DNA of 64,000 bases from Patescibacteria group bacterium (GCA_041671325.1 JBAZBR010000002.1:137978-201977); one strand, 5' to 3'. Shown: positions 18,772 through 29,288, counted from the stretch's first letter. Numbers and translations: made by a program. Notes: generated from the letters alone by a model not told the origin.

Positions 18772-19728
18772 TGTACAGTTAACAGTCAAGGGTAACACTT
18801 TGGAGTAGTTTTTCCTGTGGGGTTAAACCATTAAGGGACAAATGGATTCTTTTAAAGTTGTAATAGTAAAGCCACTCATAAGGCGTCTGCCAAACTCGTT
18901 TAGGGTTTTGGTAGTAATCATCATCAATAGTCTTGTGAACCCTTTCCACATTGGCGTTCCACCAAGGTGATTTCTTGGGAATAAAGTAATGCGGGATATT
19001 GTTGGCAGTCAGCCAAAGGTGGAATTCACCCCTAAACTCGCCGCCATTGTCAGTCTGGACAGAGGCGATCTTAAAGCCAAAATACCTTTGGGCATATTTG
19101 AATGCTTCAATAGCGTTTCGGCTAGTTCTATTTGGAAAGACCGTAAAATGGTGCTTTTTGGTAAAAGGGTCAAAGACTGAGAATTGGAATTCCCTTTTGC
19201 CGTTTGGATAAACATACTTAACATCCATTTGCACGCCTTGGCCTGGTTTTTCAACCTTTAAAGCCTGCGTCATAGGCTCATACCAAGGCAACTTCTTTTG
19301 GGGTTTCCTAATCAATCTTTTCCTTTGGTAATAACGGTAAATGATAGTTGAGGAAATATCCAAACCTAAACTCTTCTTAACTAGAAGCTTCATTTTTAAA
19401 GGTCCGTAATTTGAAATTAGCTTGTGATGTTCGATAAAGACTTTAAGTTCATAGGTTAATTTCAAATTAGGCTGATTCTTAGCCGGGTAGTATCTGTTAC
19501 CCCTTTGGCCAAAATCCCTGGTCAGCCATTTGTAGTAGCACTTCCTGGAAATGCCAAATATCCTGCAGACTTCCTTAACGGATTTGCGGTATTTATTTAC
19601 CTGCAAATACCACTTAGCCCTTTGAGAATGGTCATATTTGGGGGTTTGCATATAGGTCATATGGTTAAGAGTTAACAGGTGTCACCCCAGAACCATACCA
19701 AGTGTCACCTCTAGGTGTTAACTGTAGA
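18772..19728 (-). mobile_element. IS481-family insertion sequence (957 bp)
   Basis: TIRs TGTACAGTTAACA / TCTACAGTTAACA; 5-bp target duplication CGGGA at 18767-18771 and 19729-19733. Confidence 0.85.
18779..19660 (-). CDS. IS481-family transposase (HTH + rve DDE)
   Basis: QMDVK, QTDNGGEF, NVERVHKT and RIHLSL motifs. Confidence 0.9.
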   Translation of the reverse strand: MTYMQTPKYDHSQRAKWYLQVNKYRKSVKEVCRIFGISRKCYYKWLTRDFGQRGNRYYPAKNQPNLKLTYELKVFIEHHKLISNYGPLKMKLLVKKSLGLDISSTIIYRYYQRKRLIRKPQKKLPWYEPMTQALKVEKPGQGVQMDVKYVYPNGKREFQFSVFDPFTKKHHFTVFPNRTSRNAIEAFKYAQRYFGFKIASVQTDNGGEFRGEFHLWLTANNIPHYFIPKKSPWWNANVERVHKTIDDDYYQNPKRVWQTPYEWLYYYNFKRIHLSLNGLTPQEKLLQSVTLDC

Positions 19729-19733
19729 CGGGA

Positions 19734-19762
19734 TTGACAGTTTTTAGGGGTAATATTATTAT
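19734..19762 (+). promoter_or_regulatory. hrcA operon promoter
   Basis: TTGACA-17-TATTAT. Confidence 0.8.
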
Positions 19763-19765
19763 GAA

Positions 19766-19792
19766 TTAGCACTCTTTAAGTTAGAGTGCTAA
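19766..19792. promoter_or_regulatory. CIRCE operator
   Basis: Perfect TTAGCACTC-N9-GAGTGCTAA. Confidence 0.97.
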
Positions 19793-19807
19793 ACAGTAAA
19801 ATACCCT

Positions 19808-20488
19808 ATGTTAAGCCGGAAAGAACAACTTTTCAAAACTATTGTCAGGCAACACATTGCCCTGGGTGAACCCGTAGGCAGTAAATTCTTGGTGGATAAG
19901 GCGCATTTTGACATATCCCCAGCCACTTGCCGCAATGACATGGCAGAACTGGAAAATGAAGGCTATTTGACCCACCCCCACACTTCAGCCGGCCGGGTGC
20001 CTACGGAAAAAGGCTGGCGCTGGTATTTGCAGACTTTTATGGAAGAAATGCCAATTGCTAAAAAAAACCAAGAAGCCATTACTAAAGCCATGGACTCTGA
20101 AGTTGGCGAACAGGGCATCAAGCAAGTCGCCAAAGTCTTGGCCGAGCTTTCCAAGCAAACCGCGATTGTCGGGTTTTCGGCTGATGATATGTATTACACA
20201 GGGCTCTCCAACCTTTTTGCCAAACCTGAATTCAATGAATTGGATTTGCTCCAACATCTTTCCGAAGTGGTTGACCATTTAGACCAAGTTATGCGCAAAT
20301 TTTTCAAATCCAGCCAAGCCGAAGTGGAAGTCTTGATCGGCAAGGACAATCCTATTGACGAACATTGTAGTCTCTTGGTCACCCGTTTGGAAAACAAAAC
20401 CGGAACCTTAGTGGCTTTGCTGGGGCCTATGCGCATGGATTATGACCGGTTATTGCCTTTAATAAAATTCACCCGCACGATAATTTAA
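19808..20488 (+). CDS. hrcA: Heat-inducible repressor HrcA (short form)
   Basis: SPATCRNDM, HPHTSAGRVPT and GPMRMDY motifs; adjacent CIRCE. Confidence 0.95.
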   Translation: MLSRKEQLFKTIVRQHIALGEPVGSKFLVDKAHFDISPATCRNDMAELENEGYLTHPHTSAGRVPTEKGWRWYLQTFMEEMPIAKKNQEAITKAMDSEVGEQGIKQVAKVLAELSKQTAIVGFSADDMYYTGLSNLFAKPEFNELDLLQHLSEVVDHLDQVMRKFFKSSQAEVEVLIGKDNPIDEHCSLLVTRLENKTGTLVALLGPMRMDYDRLLPLIKFTRTII

Positions 20489-20493
20489 AAAAT

Positions 20494-20988
20494 ATGGCAG
20501 ATGAAAATACTAAGATTGAAGAATCCGCAGAAAAAGTTAAGGTCGATTTAGAAAGGCTGCAAAAGTTGAATGAAGAATATTTGGACGGCTGGAAACGGGC
20601 CAAAGCGGATTACATAAATTTCAAGCGTGAATCGGAAAAGGAAAAAATGCAGATTGTGCAATTTGCCAATGCCGGTTTGCTCCTGGAATTAATGCCTATT
20701 GTCGACAATATCAAAACCGCACTCAAGCATGTGCCAGAAGAAAACCAGAAAGCCGAATGGGTTAAAGGCTTTGAACACATTTTGAAACAATTTTTGAATG
20801 TTTTGAAGGAAATGGGCGTGGAACAAATTCCGGCTAGGGGCGAAAAGTTTGACCCGGAAAAGCATGACGCCGTCAGTAAAGAAAAAAAAGAGGGGACTGA
20901 ACCCGGAATCATTTTGGAGGAAATTGCTACGGGTTATACCTTGCAAGGCAAAGTCATCAAGCATTCCAAGGTTAAAGTCAGCGAATAA
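20494..20988 (+). CDS. grpE: Nucleotide exchange factor GrpE
   Basis: RAKADYINFKR and FDPEKHDAV motifs. Confidence 0.96.
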   Translation: MADENTKIEESAEKVKVDLERLQKLNEEYLDGWKRAKADYINFKRESEKEKMQIVQFANAGLLLELMPIVDNIKTALKHVPEENQKAEWVKGFEHILKQFLNVLKEMGVEQIPARGEKFDPEKHDAVSKEKKEGTEPGIILEEIATGYTLQGKVIKHSKVKVSE

Positions 20989-21203
20989 TCCCCCTACATA
21001 CCGCCTCTCCTATATAGGAGAGGATGGCCCCGCGGCCGCGGGGCCAGGTGAGGTGGACGAATAAACAAATTCCTTATTTCCGAATTCCCTCCCGCCTGCC
21101 TTCGCCGGAGCGAAGTACGGCGGGCAGGCACCCCGACCCTCTCCTAGATGGAGAGGGGATAAAAACTTAATAATTAGTCATTAATTAAAAGGAGAATAAA
21201 TTT

Positions 21204-21623
21204 ATGCCAATTATAAAATGGACACCAGCTGGAAATATGTTCGATGATATGGACCATATGATGGAAGACGCTTGGTTACCAGTCATGCGCTCCCACTTTG
21301 CCCCGGCCGTGGATGTTTATGAAGAAAAAGATAATGTGGTGGCGGAAATGCCTTTGGCTGGCATGGATCCAGAAAAAGTGGAAATTACCGTGGAAGACAA
21401 TGTCTTGACCGTGGCAGGCAAAAATGAGCACAAGAGTGAAGTTGATGAAAAGAATTATTACCGCAAAGAAGTCCGCTATGGCGCTTTCAGCCGTTCCGTG
21501 GCCCTGCCCAAGGCAGTCAAAGGCGAACAAGCCGAAGCCACTTTTGATAAAGGTATTTTGAAAATCGTCATGCCCAAGGCCGAAGAGGCGAAGCCAAAGA
21601 CCATCAAGGTCAAGGCGAAATAA
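21204..21623 (+). CDS. Hsp20/alpha-crystallin small heat-shock protein
   Basis: PAVDVYE, YGAFSRSVALP and GILKIVMPK motifs. Confidence 0.95.
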   Translation: MPIIKWTPAGNMFDDMDHMMEDAWLPVMRSHFAPAVDVYEEKDNVVAEMPLAGMDPEKVEITVEDNVLTVAGKNEHKSEVDEKNYYRKEVRYGAFSRSVALPKAVKGEQAEATFDKGILKIVMPKAEEAKPKTIKVKAK

Positions 21624-21800
21624 TCACATTACCTCCTCTCCTATATAGGAGAGGATGCCCACAGGGCAGGTGAGGTGGGCGAATAAACTTATTCTTAATT
21701 TTCCAAGTAACCCTCACCCCCGCTTCGCGTACCCTCTCCCAGAGGGAGAGGGGGTAAAAATGCAAAGGATTACCACTTCTTTGCACTTCAGCCCACCCTC

Positions 21801-21984
21801 TGTCATTCCGACCGAAGCCCCGCTTGGCGGGGCGTAGTGGACCTGCCCGCCGAACTGGCAAGGCAGGTGGGGGAATCTCATATGATGCAGTCGAGATCCC
21901 TCGGCTAAGCTCGGGATGACAAAAGAAAGAAATTGACTTCGCGGAGTTTATCCCGCTTATCGGCGGGAGTCGCTCGCAATGACA
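21801..21984. repeat. GTCATT...ATGAC-type palindromic repeats with nested insertions
   Basis: TGTCATTCCGA..TCGGGATGACA and CTCGCAATGAC; related copies near 5915, 30445, 33810, 40817. Confidence 0.7.
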
Positions 21985-22014
21985 GATAGTAACTAATCAA
22001 ACTCTAGAAACAAT

Positions 22015-22359
22015 ATGCCCCAATTCGCTTTACCAAATTTTTCACCAAACCAAAACGGCAAACCCGACAGCTTGCGCATGGATGGGCATTGCCCGAATTG
22101 CGGCAATCTCTTTGACTTCCGCAAGACCCAAGTCTTGGCTGAAGAATCAGGTTCCACCTTGCTGTATTTGAAATGCTCCAATTGCGGTATGGCCGCCGTG
22201 GCCACTATGACCATGTCACCCCAAGGCTTGCTCTTCCGCGGCATGATCACGGACCTTACCCCTCAGGATATTTTGAAATTCAAGGATGCCAATGATATAG
22301 ACAGCGAAGATATCATGACCCTCCACCAAAATTTAAATTCTAATTCTTTAACTAATTAA
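22015..22359 (+). CDS. Zn-ribbon hypothetical protein
   Basis: CPNC...CSNC; directly upstream of dnaK. Confidence 0.75.
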   Translation: MPQFALPNFSPNQNGKPDSLRMDGHCPNCGNLFDFRKTQVLAEESGSTLLYLKCSNCGMAAVATMTMSPQGLLFRGMITDLTPQDILKFKDANDIDSEDIMTLHQNLNSNSLTN

Positions 22360-22374
22360 TTTTTTAATAAACAT

Positions 22375-24291
22375 ATGCCAAAGATACTCGGAATCGATTT
22401 AGGGACAACCAACTCTTGCATGGCCGTCATTGAAGGCGGCGAACCCAAGGTGTTGGAAAATAAAGAAGGCAATCGTACTACGCCCTCTGTTGTTGCGGTT
22501 TCCAAAACCGGCGAAAGGTTAGTCGGCCAAGTGGCCAAGCGCCAAGCCGTGGTTAACCCGGAAAACACTTTGTATTCCATCAAACGCCTTATTGGCCGAA
22601 GATGGGATGATGAAGAAATCCAAAGGGATTTGAAAGTCCTACCCTTCAAAATGGTCCAAGCTGGCGTGGGCGTGAAAATCATCATGTCTGGCAAGGAATA
22701 TACCCCGCAAGAAGTTTCCGCCATGATTTTGCAGAAAATGAAAGAAGATGCGGAAACCAAATTGGGTGAAAAAATTGAAGAAGCCGTGATCACGGTCCCA
22801 GCATATTTTGACGATAGCCAAAGACAAGCCACCAAAGACGCGGGTGAAATCGCAGGGCTAAAAGTCCGCCGCATAATCAATGAACCCACAGCTGCGGCTT
22901 TAGCCTATGGTTTTAATAAGAAGAAGGATGAAAAAATCGCAGTCTATGATTTGGGCGGCGGCACTTTTGATATTTCCATCTTGGAAGTCAGCAATGACAC
23001 GGTGGAAGTGAAAGCCACTAATGGCGACACCCACTTAGGCGGTGATGATTTTGACCAAAGGATTATCCATTGGATAATTGATGAATTTAAAAAAGACCAA
23101 GGCATTGATCTTTCCAAAGACCAAATGGCTTTGCAGCGCCTGAAAGAATCCGCGGAAAAAGCCAAGCATGAACTTTCCACCACCACGGAAACGGAAATCA
23201 ACCAGCCTTTCATTACCACAGACGCTTCGGGTCCCAAACATTTGGTTTTGAAAATGTCCAGATCCAAATTGGAACAATTAGTCGGCGATTTAGTCGAGAA
23301 GACTTTAGAACCAACCAAAAAAGCTTTGGATGACGCGGGCTTGAAAACTTCAGACATCAACGAAGTGGTCATGGTTGGCGGTATGACCCGCATGCCTTTG
23401 GTCCAAGCCACAGTTGAAAAATTCTTTGGTAAAAAGCCTCACTTGGGTGTTAACCCGGATGAAGTGGTAGCCATTGGCGCGGCCGTCCAAGCCGGAGTTT
23501 TGCAAGGCGAAGTTAGGGATGTCTTATTGCTGGATGTCACGCCATTATCTTTGGGCTTGGAAACTTTAGGCAGTGTCATGACACCTTTGATCGAACGCAA
23601 CACCACTATTCCAACATCCAAATCCCAAGTCTTTTCCACGGCCGCTGATAACCAAACCAGCGTGGAAATCCACGTGCTCCAAGGCGAAAGGCCCATGGCC
23701 AATGACAACAAGTCTTTGGGCCGCTTTATCCTTTCTGGCATTCCGCCAGCGCCCCGCGGCGTGCCGCAAGTGGAAGTGACTTTTGACATTGATGCCAACG
23801 GCATTTTGAATGTCAAAGCCAAAGATAAAGCCACCAGCAAAGAGCAAAGCATTACCATTACCGCTTCCACGGGTCTTTCCAAAGACGAAGTGGAAAGGAT
23901 GAAGCAGGAAGCCCAGGCCAATGCCGAAGTGGACAAGAAGAAAAAGGAATTGATTGACACCCGCAACCTGGCCGAGAACTTGGTCTTTACCGCGGAAAAA
24001 TCCCTGAAAGACGCAGGCGACAAAGTCCCCAAGGACGTGAAAAAAGAAATTGAGGAAAAGATTGAAGCCGTGAAAAAGGTTAAGGACAGTGATGACAAAG
24101 ACGCCATTAAAAAAGCTTCTGATGACTTAGGTCAGACTATCCAGAAGATTGGGCAGGCGATGTATAAGGACCAACAACCACCTCAAGGAACCCCCTCGGC
24201 AAGCTCGGGGCCTGCGGCAGGAGCGAATGGCGAAGAGCCTAAAAATGATAAAGGTCCAGTGGATGCGGCTTATACTGAAGTTAAGAAGTAA
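22375..24291 (+). CDS. dnaK: Chaperone DnaK
   Basis: GIDLGTTNS and DLGGGTFD signatures. Confidence 0.99.
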   Translation: MPKILGIDLGTTNSCMAVIEGGEPKVLENKEGNRTTPSVVAVSKTGERLVGQVAKRQAVVNPENTLYSIKRLIGRRWDDEEIQRDLKVLPFKMVQAGVGVKIIMSGKEYTPQEVSAMILQKMKEDAETKLGEKIEEAVITVPAYFDDSQRQATKDAGEIAGLKVRRIINEPTAAALAYGFNKKKDEKIAVYDLGGGTFDISILEVSNDTVEVKATNGDTHLGGDDFDQRIIHWIIDEFKKDQGIDLSKDQMALQRLKESAEKAKHELSTTTETEINQPFITTDASGPKHLVLKMSRSKLEQLVGDLVEKTLEPTKKALDDAGLKTSDINEVVMVGGMTRMPLVQATVEKFFGKKPHLGVNPDEVVAIGAAVQAGVLQGEVRDVLLLDVTPLSLGLETLGSVMTPLIERNTTIPTSKSQVFSTAADNQTSVEIHVLQGERPMANDNKSLGRFILSGIPPAPRGVPQVEVTFDIDANGILNVKAKDKATSKEQSITITASTGLSKDEVERMKQEAQANAEVDKKKKELIDTRNLAENLVFTAEKSLKDAGDKVPKDVKKEIEEKIEAVKKVKDSDDKDAIKKASDDLGQTIQKIGQAMYKDQQPPQGTPSASSGPAAGANGEEPKNDKGPVDAAYTEVKK

Positions 24292-24295
24292 CAAA

Positions 24296-24625
24296 ATGGC
24301 TAGAATTCCTTTTAATGCAGAACAACACCCCCATCCAAGTAGACTGGATGCAATTGACTCGATACGAATTCACCCGAGGAGCTATGGCGTATTGAATGCT
24401 GGTCAGCATTCTTTGAAGACCAAACCCAGCATTCAAGTACACATTCTTTCGGACCAAGTGGGTAATCGAGGGGTTGATTATAAGGAGGTTATGCTTGGGA
24501 GTCCGGAAAAGTTCACATTAACCTACAGAATTGAAAACAGGACTGACGCTATAGCTTTCGCATATATTACTAAGGAAAATGGTGACAGAGCGGCAGGTGC
24601 CAAGCATGAGGAGGTTAAGAAATAA
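24296..24625 (+). CDS. Hypothetical protein ending in a DnaK-like tail
   Basis: ATG 4 nt after the dnaK stop; ends AKHEEVKK. Confidence 0.5.
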   Translation: MARIPFNAEQHPHPSRLDAIDSIRIHPRSYGVLNAGQHSLKTKPSIQVHILSDQVGNRGVDYKEVMLGSPEKFTLTYRIENRTDAIAFAYITKENGDRAAGAKHEEVKK

Positions 24626-24660
24626 TTAATTTTTGCCCTAGGGAAACCCAGGAAAAGCTT

Positions 24661-25302
24661 ATGGAAGAATTACCAAAAGACCAACCAAATGTGTCAATAT
24701 CCCCAAACGTTACAAATGGTACTGCTTATCCGAAACCTGTTGATCTAATTTTTGAAGAATCCGAGAAGCAATTTCTTTCAAGATTACGAAATCTTGGTGT
24801 AATTCCAGATGACTTAGTTGCATTGCAAGAAGTCCGACCCGAAGCATTGGATATTCATGAACGTGAACTTTTAAGCCAGTTAACTGATGTTGAGCAAGAA
24901 ATTTTTAAGCAGTCTTTACTGGCTTATGGTTGGTTGTCTTACACTTTGGCAACCATGGGCTTGATGAGGGTGCTCGAGAGTTGTGTAGAGCTATTATTTA
25001 ACAAAGAACAAATTGAGAATCCGAAGCGACCTAACCCACCTAATCAGGCAGACCCTGAAATTTGCAAAAAATGCGAAATTTGCCAAACGTATTTTTCAGG
25101 ACTAAAGGCAAAGATTGAAAAATTATCAGAACAAACAAAAAATGAACAAGTAAAAAATTACCTATTACCAGTTATCGAGTTTTTAAAACGACTTGGGCAA
25201 TCTAAAAAACATATAAATTCTGAACTAGCTGATAAAACTGTGGCCCGTCAATTAATAGCTTCAATAATCTCATTATTAAAAAGTATAAAAAATGAAACCT
25301 GA
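24661..25302 (+). CDS. Hypothetical protein
   Basis: 213-aa AT-rich ORF with CKKCEIC. Confidence 0.6.
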   Translation: MEELPKDQPNVSISPNVTNGTAYPKPVDLIFEESEKQFLSRLRNLGVIPDDLVALQEVRPEALDIHERELLSQLTDVEQEIFKQSLLAYGWLSYTLATMGLMRVLESCVELLFNKEQIENPKRPNPPNQADPEICKKCEICQTYFSGLKAKIEKLSEQTKNEQVKNYLLPVIEFLKRLGQSKKHINSELADKTVARQLIASIISLLKSIKNET

Positions 25303-25579
25303 TCAAATTTCAATTAAGATTGATGATGCAACCATGAAAGGCGTTTATGCCAATATGATGAGCGTTTCCCATTCCAAAGAGGAATTTCTCTTGGATTTTT
25401 TGAATATCTACCCCTTACAACAAGCGGGGATTGCCACCTCTCGGGTAATTGTCTCGCCTGGGCATATGAAAAGGATAGTGAATGCCCTGCAGGACAATTT
25501 GAAAAAATACGAAGGCAGTTTTGGTAAAATTCAAGAAGCTGATGCGCCCACCAGCGGGGAAGTTGGTTTCCAGGGTTAA
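25292..25579 (+). CDS. DUF3467 family protein, copy 1
   Basis: GVYAN..HSKEEFLLDF..RVIVSPGHMKR. Confidence 0.85.
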   Translation: MKPDQISIKIDDATMKGVYANMMSVSHSKEEFLLDFLNIYPLQQAGIATSRVIVSPGHMKRIVNALQDNLKKYEGSFGKIQEADAPTSGEVGFQG

Positions 25580-25600
25580 TAATAATTTAAAACATTTTAT

Positions 25601-25837
25601 ATGAAGAACAAATTAAATTCTCAACTAAAGAAGAAAATGTTGAGGTATATAAGGTACGACAGATTTTTACGCGAGTATCGAAATCAATTCATTTCCAGTT
25701 TTAAGAACGGTATAAAAACTCAAACCGCAAAAAAATTATTAACTAGCGATGAATTAACTAGAATTTCAGTCATGAATAAGCATTTAAAGAAATTAGAGCA
25801 ACAGTATATAATTTCTGTTCGTAAATTTATATTTTAA
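25601..25837 (+). CDS. Small basic hypothetical protein
   Basis: 78-aa AT-rich ORF. Confidence 0.45.
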   Translation: MKNKLNSQLKKKMLRYIRYDRFLREYRNQFISSFKNGIKTQTAKKLLTSDELTRISVMNKHLKKLEQQYIISVRKFIF

Positions 25838-25849
25838 TTATCTAATTTT

Positions 25850-26188
25850 ATGACTTGCCAAAACTGCGGGCATTTAAATCAAGAAGATGCAAAATTTTGT
25901 ATAAATTGCGGAAAAGTATTAGTAAAATCTATCGAACAAAAAGTAAATGCACAAACAGTGGTAACAGTTAATGATAGTAAGAACAAAAAAGTAAAAAAGA
26001 AACATTATGGTCAACTGGCGTTTATTTTTATTGTTTTTGCAACATTAATGCAGAATTCAACACCGGAACCGGACACCACAGGAAGGATTACTTTTTTTGT
26101 AATCCAAATATTATTAGCATTTTTTGGTATGTATTTCTTGGTACGTTGGATAATGTATTTATTTAAGAAAAAAGATTCAAAGAAATAG
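25850..26188 (+). CDS. Zinc-ribbon membrane protein
   Basis: CQNCG..FCINCG plus 2 TM segments. Confidence 0.8.
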   Translation: MTCQNCGHLNQEDAKFCINCGKVLVKSIEQKVNAQTVVTVNDSKNKKVKKKHYGQLAFIFIVFATLMQNSTPEPDTTGRITFFVIQILLAFFGMYFLVRWIMYLFKKKDSKK

Positions 26189-26345
26189 AAAAGTTTTATT
26201 TCCTCCGCTTCCACCTTTACCTGCCGATGAGGCAGGTCCCGCCCGCCTCGCTCCGTGAAACGGAGCAGGTCGCCCACGGGGTGGGGTTTTTAGCAAAAAG
26301 ATAAACCAGCACCTTGTGCTGGTTTGTAGATTTTGATAAGTCGAC

Positions 26346-26570
26346 TTAATGTGCCTGGCAGAGCGAAAGGCTTTGTTTTAGTTTTGCAACATCACCCTCA
26401 GTACCCCCGACAATTTCATAAATTACAGTACTGGTTGCTTGTTCTGTTTGTACAAGCCGTACGGGTAAAGGGGTAAGAGCATTTAATGACCCAACTGTTA
26501 GTTTAACTAACTTGTCCCATTCTTCGGGGGTTTCGACGTCACTTGAGTTCAATTGAGCGATCATTTTCAT
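26346..26570 (-). CDS. Cassette 1 hypothetical protein
   Basis: TTGACA-17-TAACAT promoter, AGGAG RBS, terminator AAACCAGCA/TGCTGGTTT. Confidence 0.7.
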   Translation of the reverse strand: MKMIAQLNSSDVETPEEWDKLVKLTVGSLNALTPLPVRLVQTEQATSTVIYEIVGGTEGDVAKLKQSLSLCQAH

Positions 26571-26748
26571 TATCTCTTCTCCTGTGTTTTCGTTTTATTT
26601 GACTTGATGTTAATTCGAAGTCTTTACCCTGTCAATCCTCCTCCGCTTCCACCTTAGGTAGGCGAGGGGTTTTTAGATTTGACATTTATAACTACCGATT
26701 GTAAAGTATTCCATTAAACATAAAAATAATTAGCTGTGGAGGTTTACA

Positions 26749-27165
26749 ATGCAATTTAGGTTTTACACTGAACAAGACTACGAAACCGTAGCGGGATTCT
26801 TCAAACAATCTGGCCAGTATGATCCAACTTGGGATACGGCCGAGAACCTTAAGGAAAAGATTACCCGGTTTCCGACCTCAATCATTGTTTGCATAGAGGG
26901 CGGCGAGGTAGTGGCAAGCGTCTTTACCATGGAAGACGGCTGGGGGACTTTCATTTATCGACTAGTTGTTCGGCCAGACATGCAAAAACAGGGCATAGGC
27001 AGGGCGCTGATGGCATTCGCGGAAATGACCTTGAAGCAAAAAGGCAAGAAAGAAGTCGCGATATTTGTCCATGACACCCGCCAAGACCTGCTCGAGTGGT
27101 ATGCGGACCAGGGTTATCTTTTTGATGACCCCAAGAGCTACCGCTCATTGTTCAAAAAACTTTAA
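26749..27165 (+). CDS. Cassette 2 GNAT acetyltransferase
   Basis: LVVRPDMQKQGIGRALM motif; TTGACA-17-TAAAGT promoter. Confidence 0.9.
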   Translation: MQFRFYTEQDYETVAGFFKQSGQYDPTWDTAENLKEKITRFPTSIIVCIEGGEVVASVFTMEDGWGTFIYRLVVRPDMQKQGIGRALMAFAEMTLKQKGKKEVAIFVHDTRQDLLEWYADQGYLFDDPKSYRSLFKKL

Positions 27166-27278
27166 ATTGATTTGGGCGACCCTTATCCGGCCGCCCTTTT
27201 TTGTATTTCTTTTCCACTTTCACCTTCTCCTTGCCTCGTCCGCGGGGTATGGTTTTGAGAATATGGTAAAATAAAAAT

Positions 27279-27794
27279 ATGAAAGTTATTCTTTACATGG
27301 CAATTACCGCGAATGGCATGATCGCGAAACGCAATAATGACACGAGTTGGGTTTCCAAGGAGGAATGGAAAAGTTACAACGCAACCGTACTTCACGCGGG
27401 CTGTTTGGTCGTAGGCCGAAAAACCTATGACATCATGGTAAAGGAAGGTGAGTTTGCGAAGTTGAAAGAGGTCTTTGTCGTGGTTGTTAGCCATCAGGAA
27501 GTTGAAATGGTGGACCCGCTGCATCAGGTGGCTCATACACCACAAGAGGCATTGCAATTGCTTAAAGATTATCCAGAGGTTATTATTGGCGGTGGCGGGA
27601 ACATAAATAGTGAGTTTTTGAAAGAGAAGCTCGTTGACGAAATGTATTTAGATATTGAACCGAAACTTATTGGCAAAGGTATTCGATTATTTGAAAATCT
27701 TGATTTGGATTTTAATTTGGTTCTTCTTGATACAAAAGCCATTTCACCAAATGTGGTTCAGTTGCATTATAAAGTGATTAAGTCGGTTTCGTAA
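27279..27794 (+). CDS. Cassette 3 RibD C-terminal/DHFR-like protein
   Basis: MAITANGMIA, GRKTY, IGGGG and P.LIGKGI motifs. Confidence 0.9.
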   Translation: MKVILYMAITANGMIAKRNNDTSWVSKEEWKSYNATVLHAGCLVVGRKTYDIMVKEGEFAKLKEVFVVVVSHQEVEMVDPLHQVAHTPQEALQLLKDYPEVIIGGGGNINSEFLKEKLVDEMYLDIEPKLIGKGIRLFENLDLDFNLVLLDTKAISPNVVQLHYKVIKSVS

Positions 27795-28031
27795 TTCTTC
27801 GCTTCCCCCTTCCTACGCCCGCGGGGTGGGATTTTGGATAAATGAATACATCCTCTCCTATATAGGAGAGGATGGCCGAAGGCCAGGTGAGGTTCACAAA
27901 AAACTAATTTCAAACTTTCCGAGTTCCCTCACTCGCCTACGGCACCCTCTCCCAGAGGGAGAGGGGATTTTTGGTAAAGCAAAAACCCCGAGGAAAATCC
28001 ACGGGGTTTTGCAAAGAGTGTGTTCGGATAT

Positions 28032-28397
28032 TTATTCCGGTTGGTTACGCTTTACCATTTCGACCGGAACCCATTTTCCGCTGGCGAGTACCGCCTCTTC
28101 CAAACGTGCCGCTTCAGCCAGGCATTCGTCAAGTTTGGTGTAGGGCTTGTCGAGAGGATTGACCCTACAGCCAGAATAGGCCGAATGGGCCGTGCTGGGG
28201 TCAAGGTAATTGTAAAGGTGGAATACGGGATAAAGCGTCCCGTCTCCCAGTCCATCGCCTTTCCCATTGATATTGAGCCAGATCTCTTTCCGTATGAAAA
28301 TCGATGAGGCTTGAGTACCATCGGGTTTCCACAAAAAGCAACAACAGTGCTGATCGGCTACGAGCTGAGATGCAAAGTTTTCAGGAGGTTGGTACAT
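28032..28397 (-). CDS. Cassette 4 hypothetical protein
   Basis: RBS AAAGGAG; TTGACA at the repeat edge. Confidence 0.7.
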   Translation of the reverse strand: MYQPPENFASQLVADQHCCCFLWKPDGTQASSIFIRKEIWLNINGKGDGLGDGTLYPVFHLYNYLDPSTAHSAYSGCRVNPLDKPYTKLDECLAEAARLEEAVLASGKWVPVEMVKRNQPE

Positions 28398-28748
28398 CTG
28401 TATTCTCCTTTTCTCCTAAAAATGTTTTTACTATTTGTAATTTGACTAAACAGATTATCACAAAATAGTTTTATTGTCAACCCTATCCGCTTCCACCTCC
28501 TCGCCAAAAAGGCGGGCAAGCCCTCCGCCCGCGGGGTTGGGTGTTGGATAAATGAATACATCCTCTCCTATATAGGAGAGGATGGCCGAAGGCCAGGTGA
28601 GGTTCACAAAAAACTAATTTCAAACTTTCCGAGTTCCCTCACTCGCCTACGGCACCCTCTCCCAGAGGGAGAGGGGATTTTTGGTAAAGCAAAAACCCCG
28701 AGGAAAATCCACGGGGTTTTTACAAAGAGAGTAGCTTAGTCGGAACAA

Positions 28749-29288
28749 TTATTCCGACCAGTAACGAGCGAAGCAGTCGCGGAAGTATTGGTTGTTACTG
28801 ATTTTGGCGATCCGCGTCGCTGCTTCAGAAGTCATCCACTGCATACGAACGGCCAGGGCGAGCATAAGGGCTTCGTCGGCCAGTTCGGGTAAGCCCGAAA
28901 AGGAGATTGCGAAGGGACCGTAATGATCGCAGACGATCATATTGCACAGTATGGCACCGGCGTACTTCTCGTTTTCGACGCGGGTCTGCCAGCTGCTCAC
29001 GGCCTCTTTCCCTCGCTTAACGAAATCAGCGATTAAGCGATCGGCTTTTTCGGTCGCAATGTTTGCGTACTTTAGCGTACCAATTGGCAGTTCGCCGATC
29101 GGTACTGTCAGAAGAGCCGGATTGTTGCTTATGTATTGCGGGCGATTGCTTGGGGTGAGCTTCATTACGAAGAATCCACCTCGCCGGTCTTTACGGTCGT
29201 AGGCTGCCGAGTTGCACATTTCAAGCAAGAGCTCTTCAACTGCTTCAACTACATTGTTGCGAAAGTTCTTGTCAACGATCTCGTTCAT
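28749..29288 (-). CDS. Cassette 5 protein, GlcG/HbpS-like C-terminus
   Basis: KYAGAI..ISFSGL..ADEAL; TTGACA-17-TAGATT promoter, GGAGG RBS. Confidence 0.65.
   Translation of the reverse strand: MNEIVDKNFRNNVVEAVEELLLEMCNSAAYDRKDRRGGFFVMKLTPSNRPQYISNNPALLTVPIGELPIGTLKYANIATEKADRLIADFVKRGKEAVSSWQTRVENEKYAGAILCNMIVCDHYGPFAISFSGLPELADEALMLALAVRMQWMTSEAATRIAKISNNQYFRDCFARYWSE

Noticed and set aside
22356-24107. Long antisense ORFs opposite dnaK
   Set aside because: Shadow frames commonly seen opposite conserved genes; no independent expression signals
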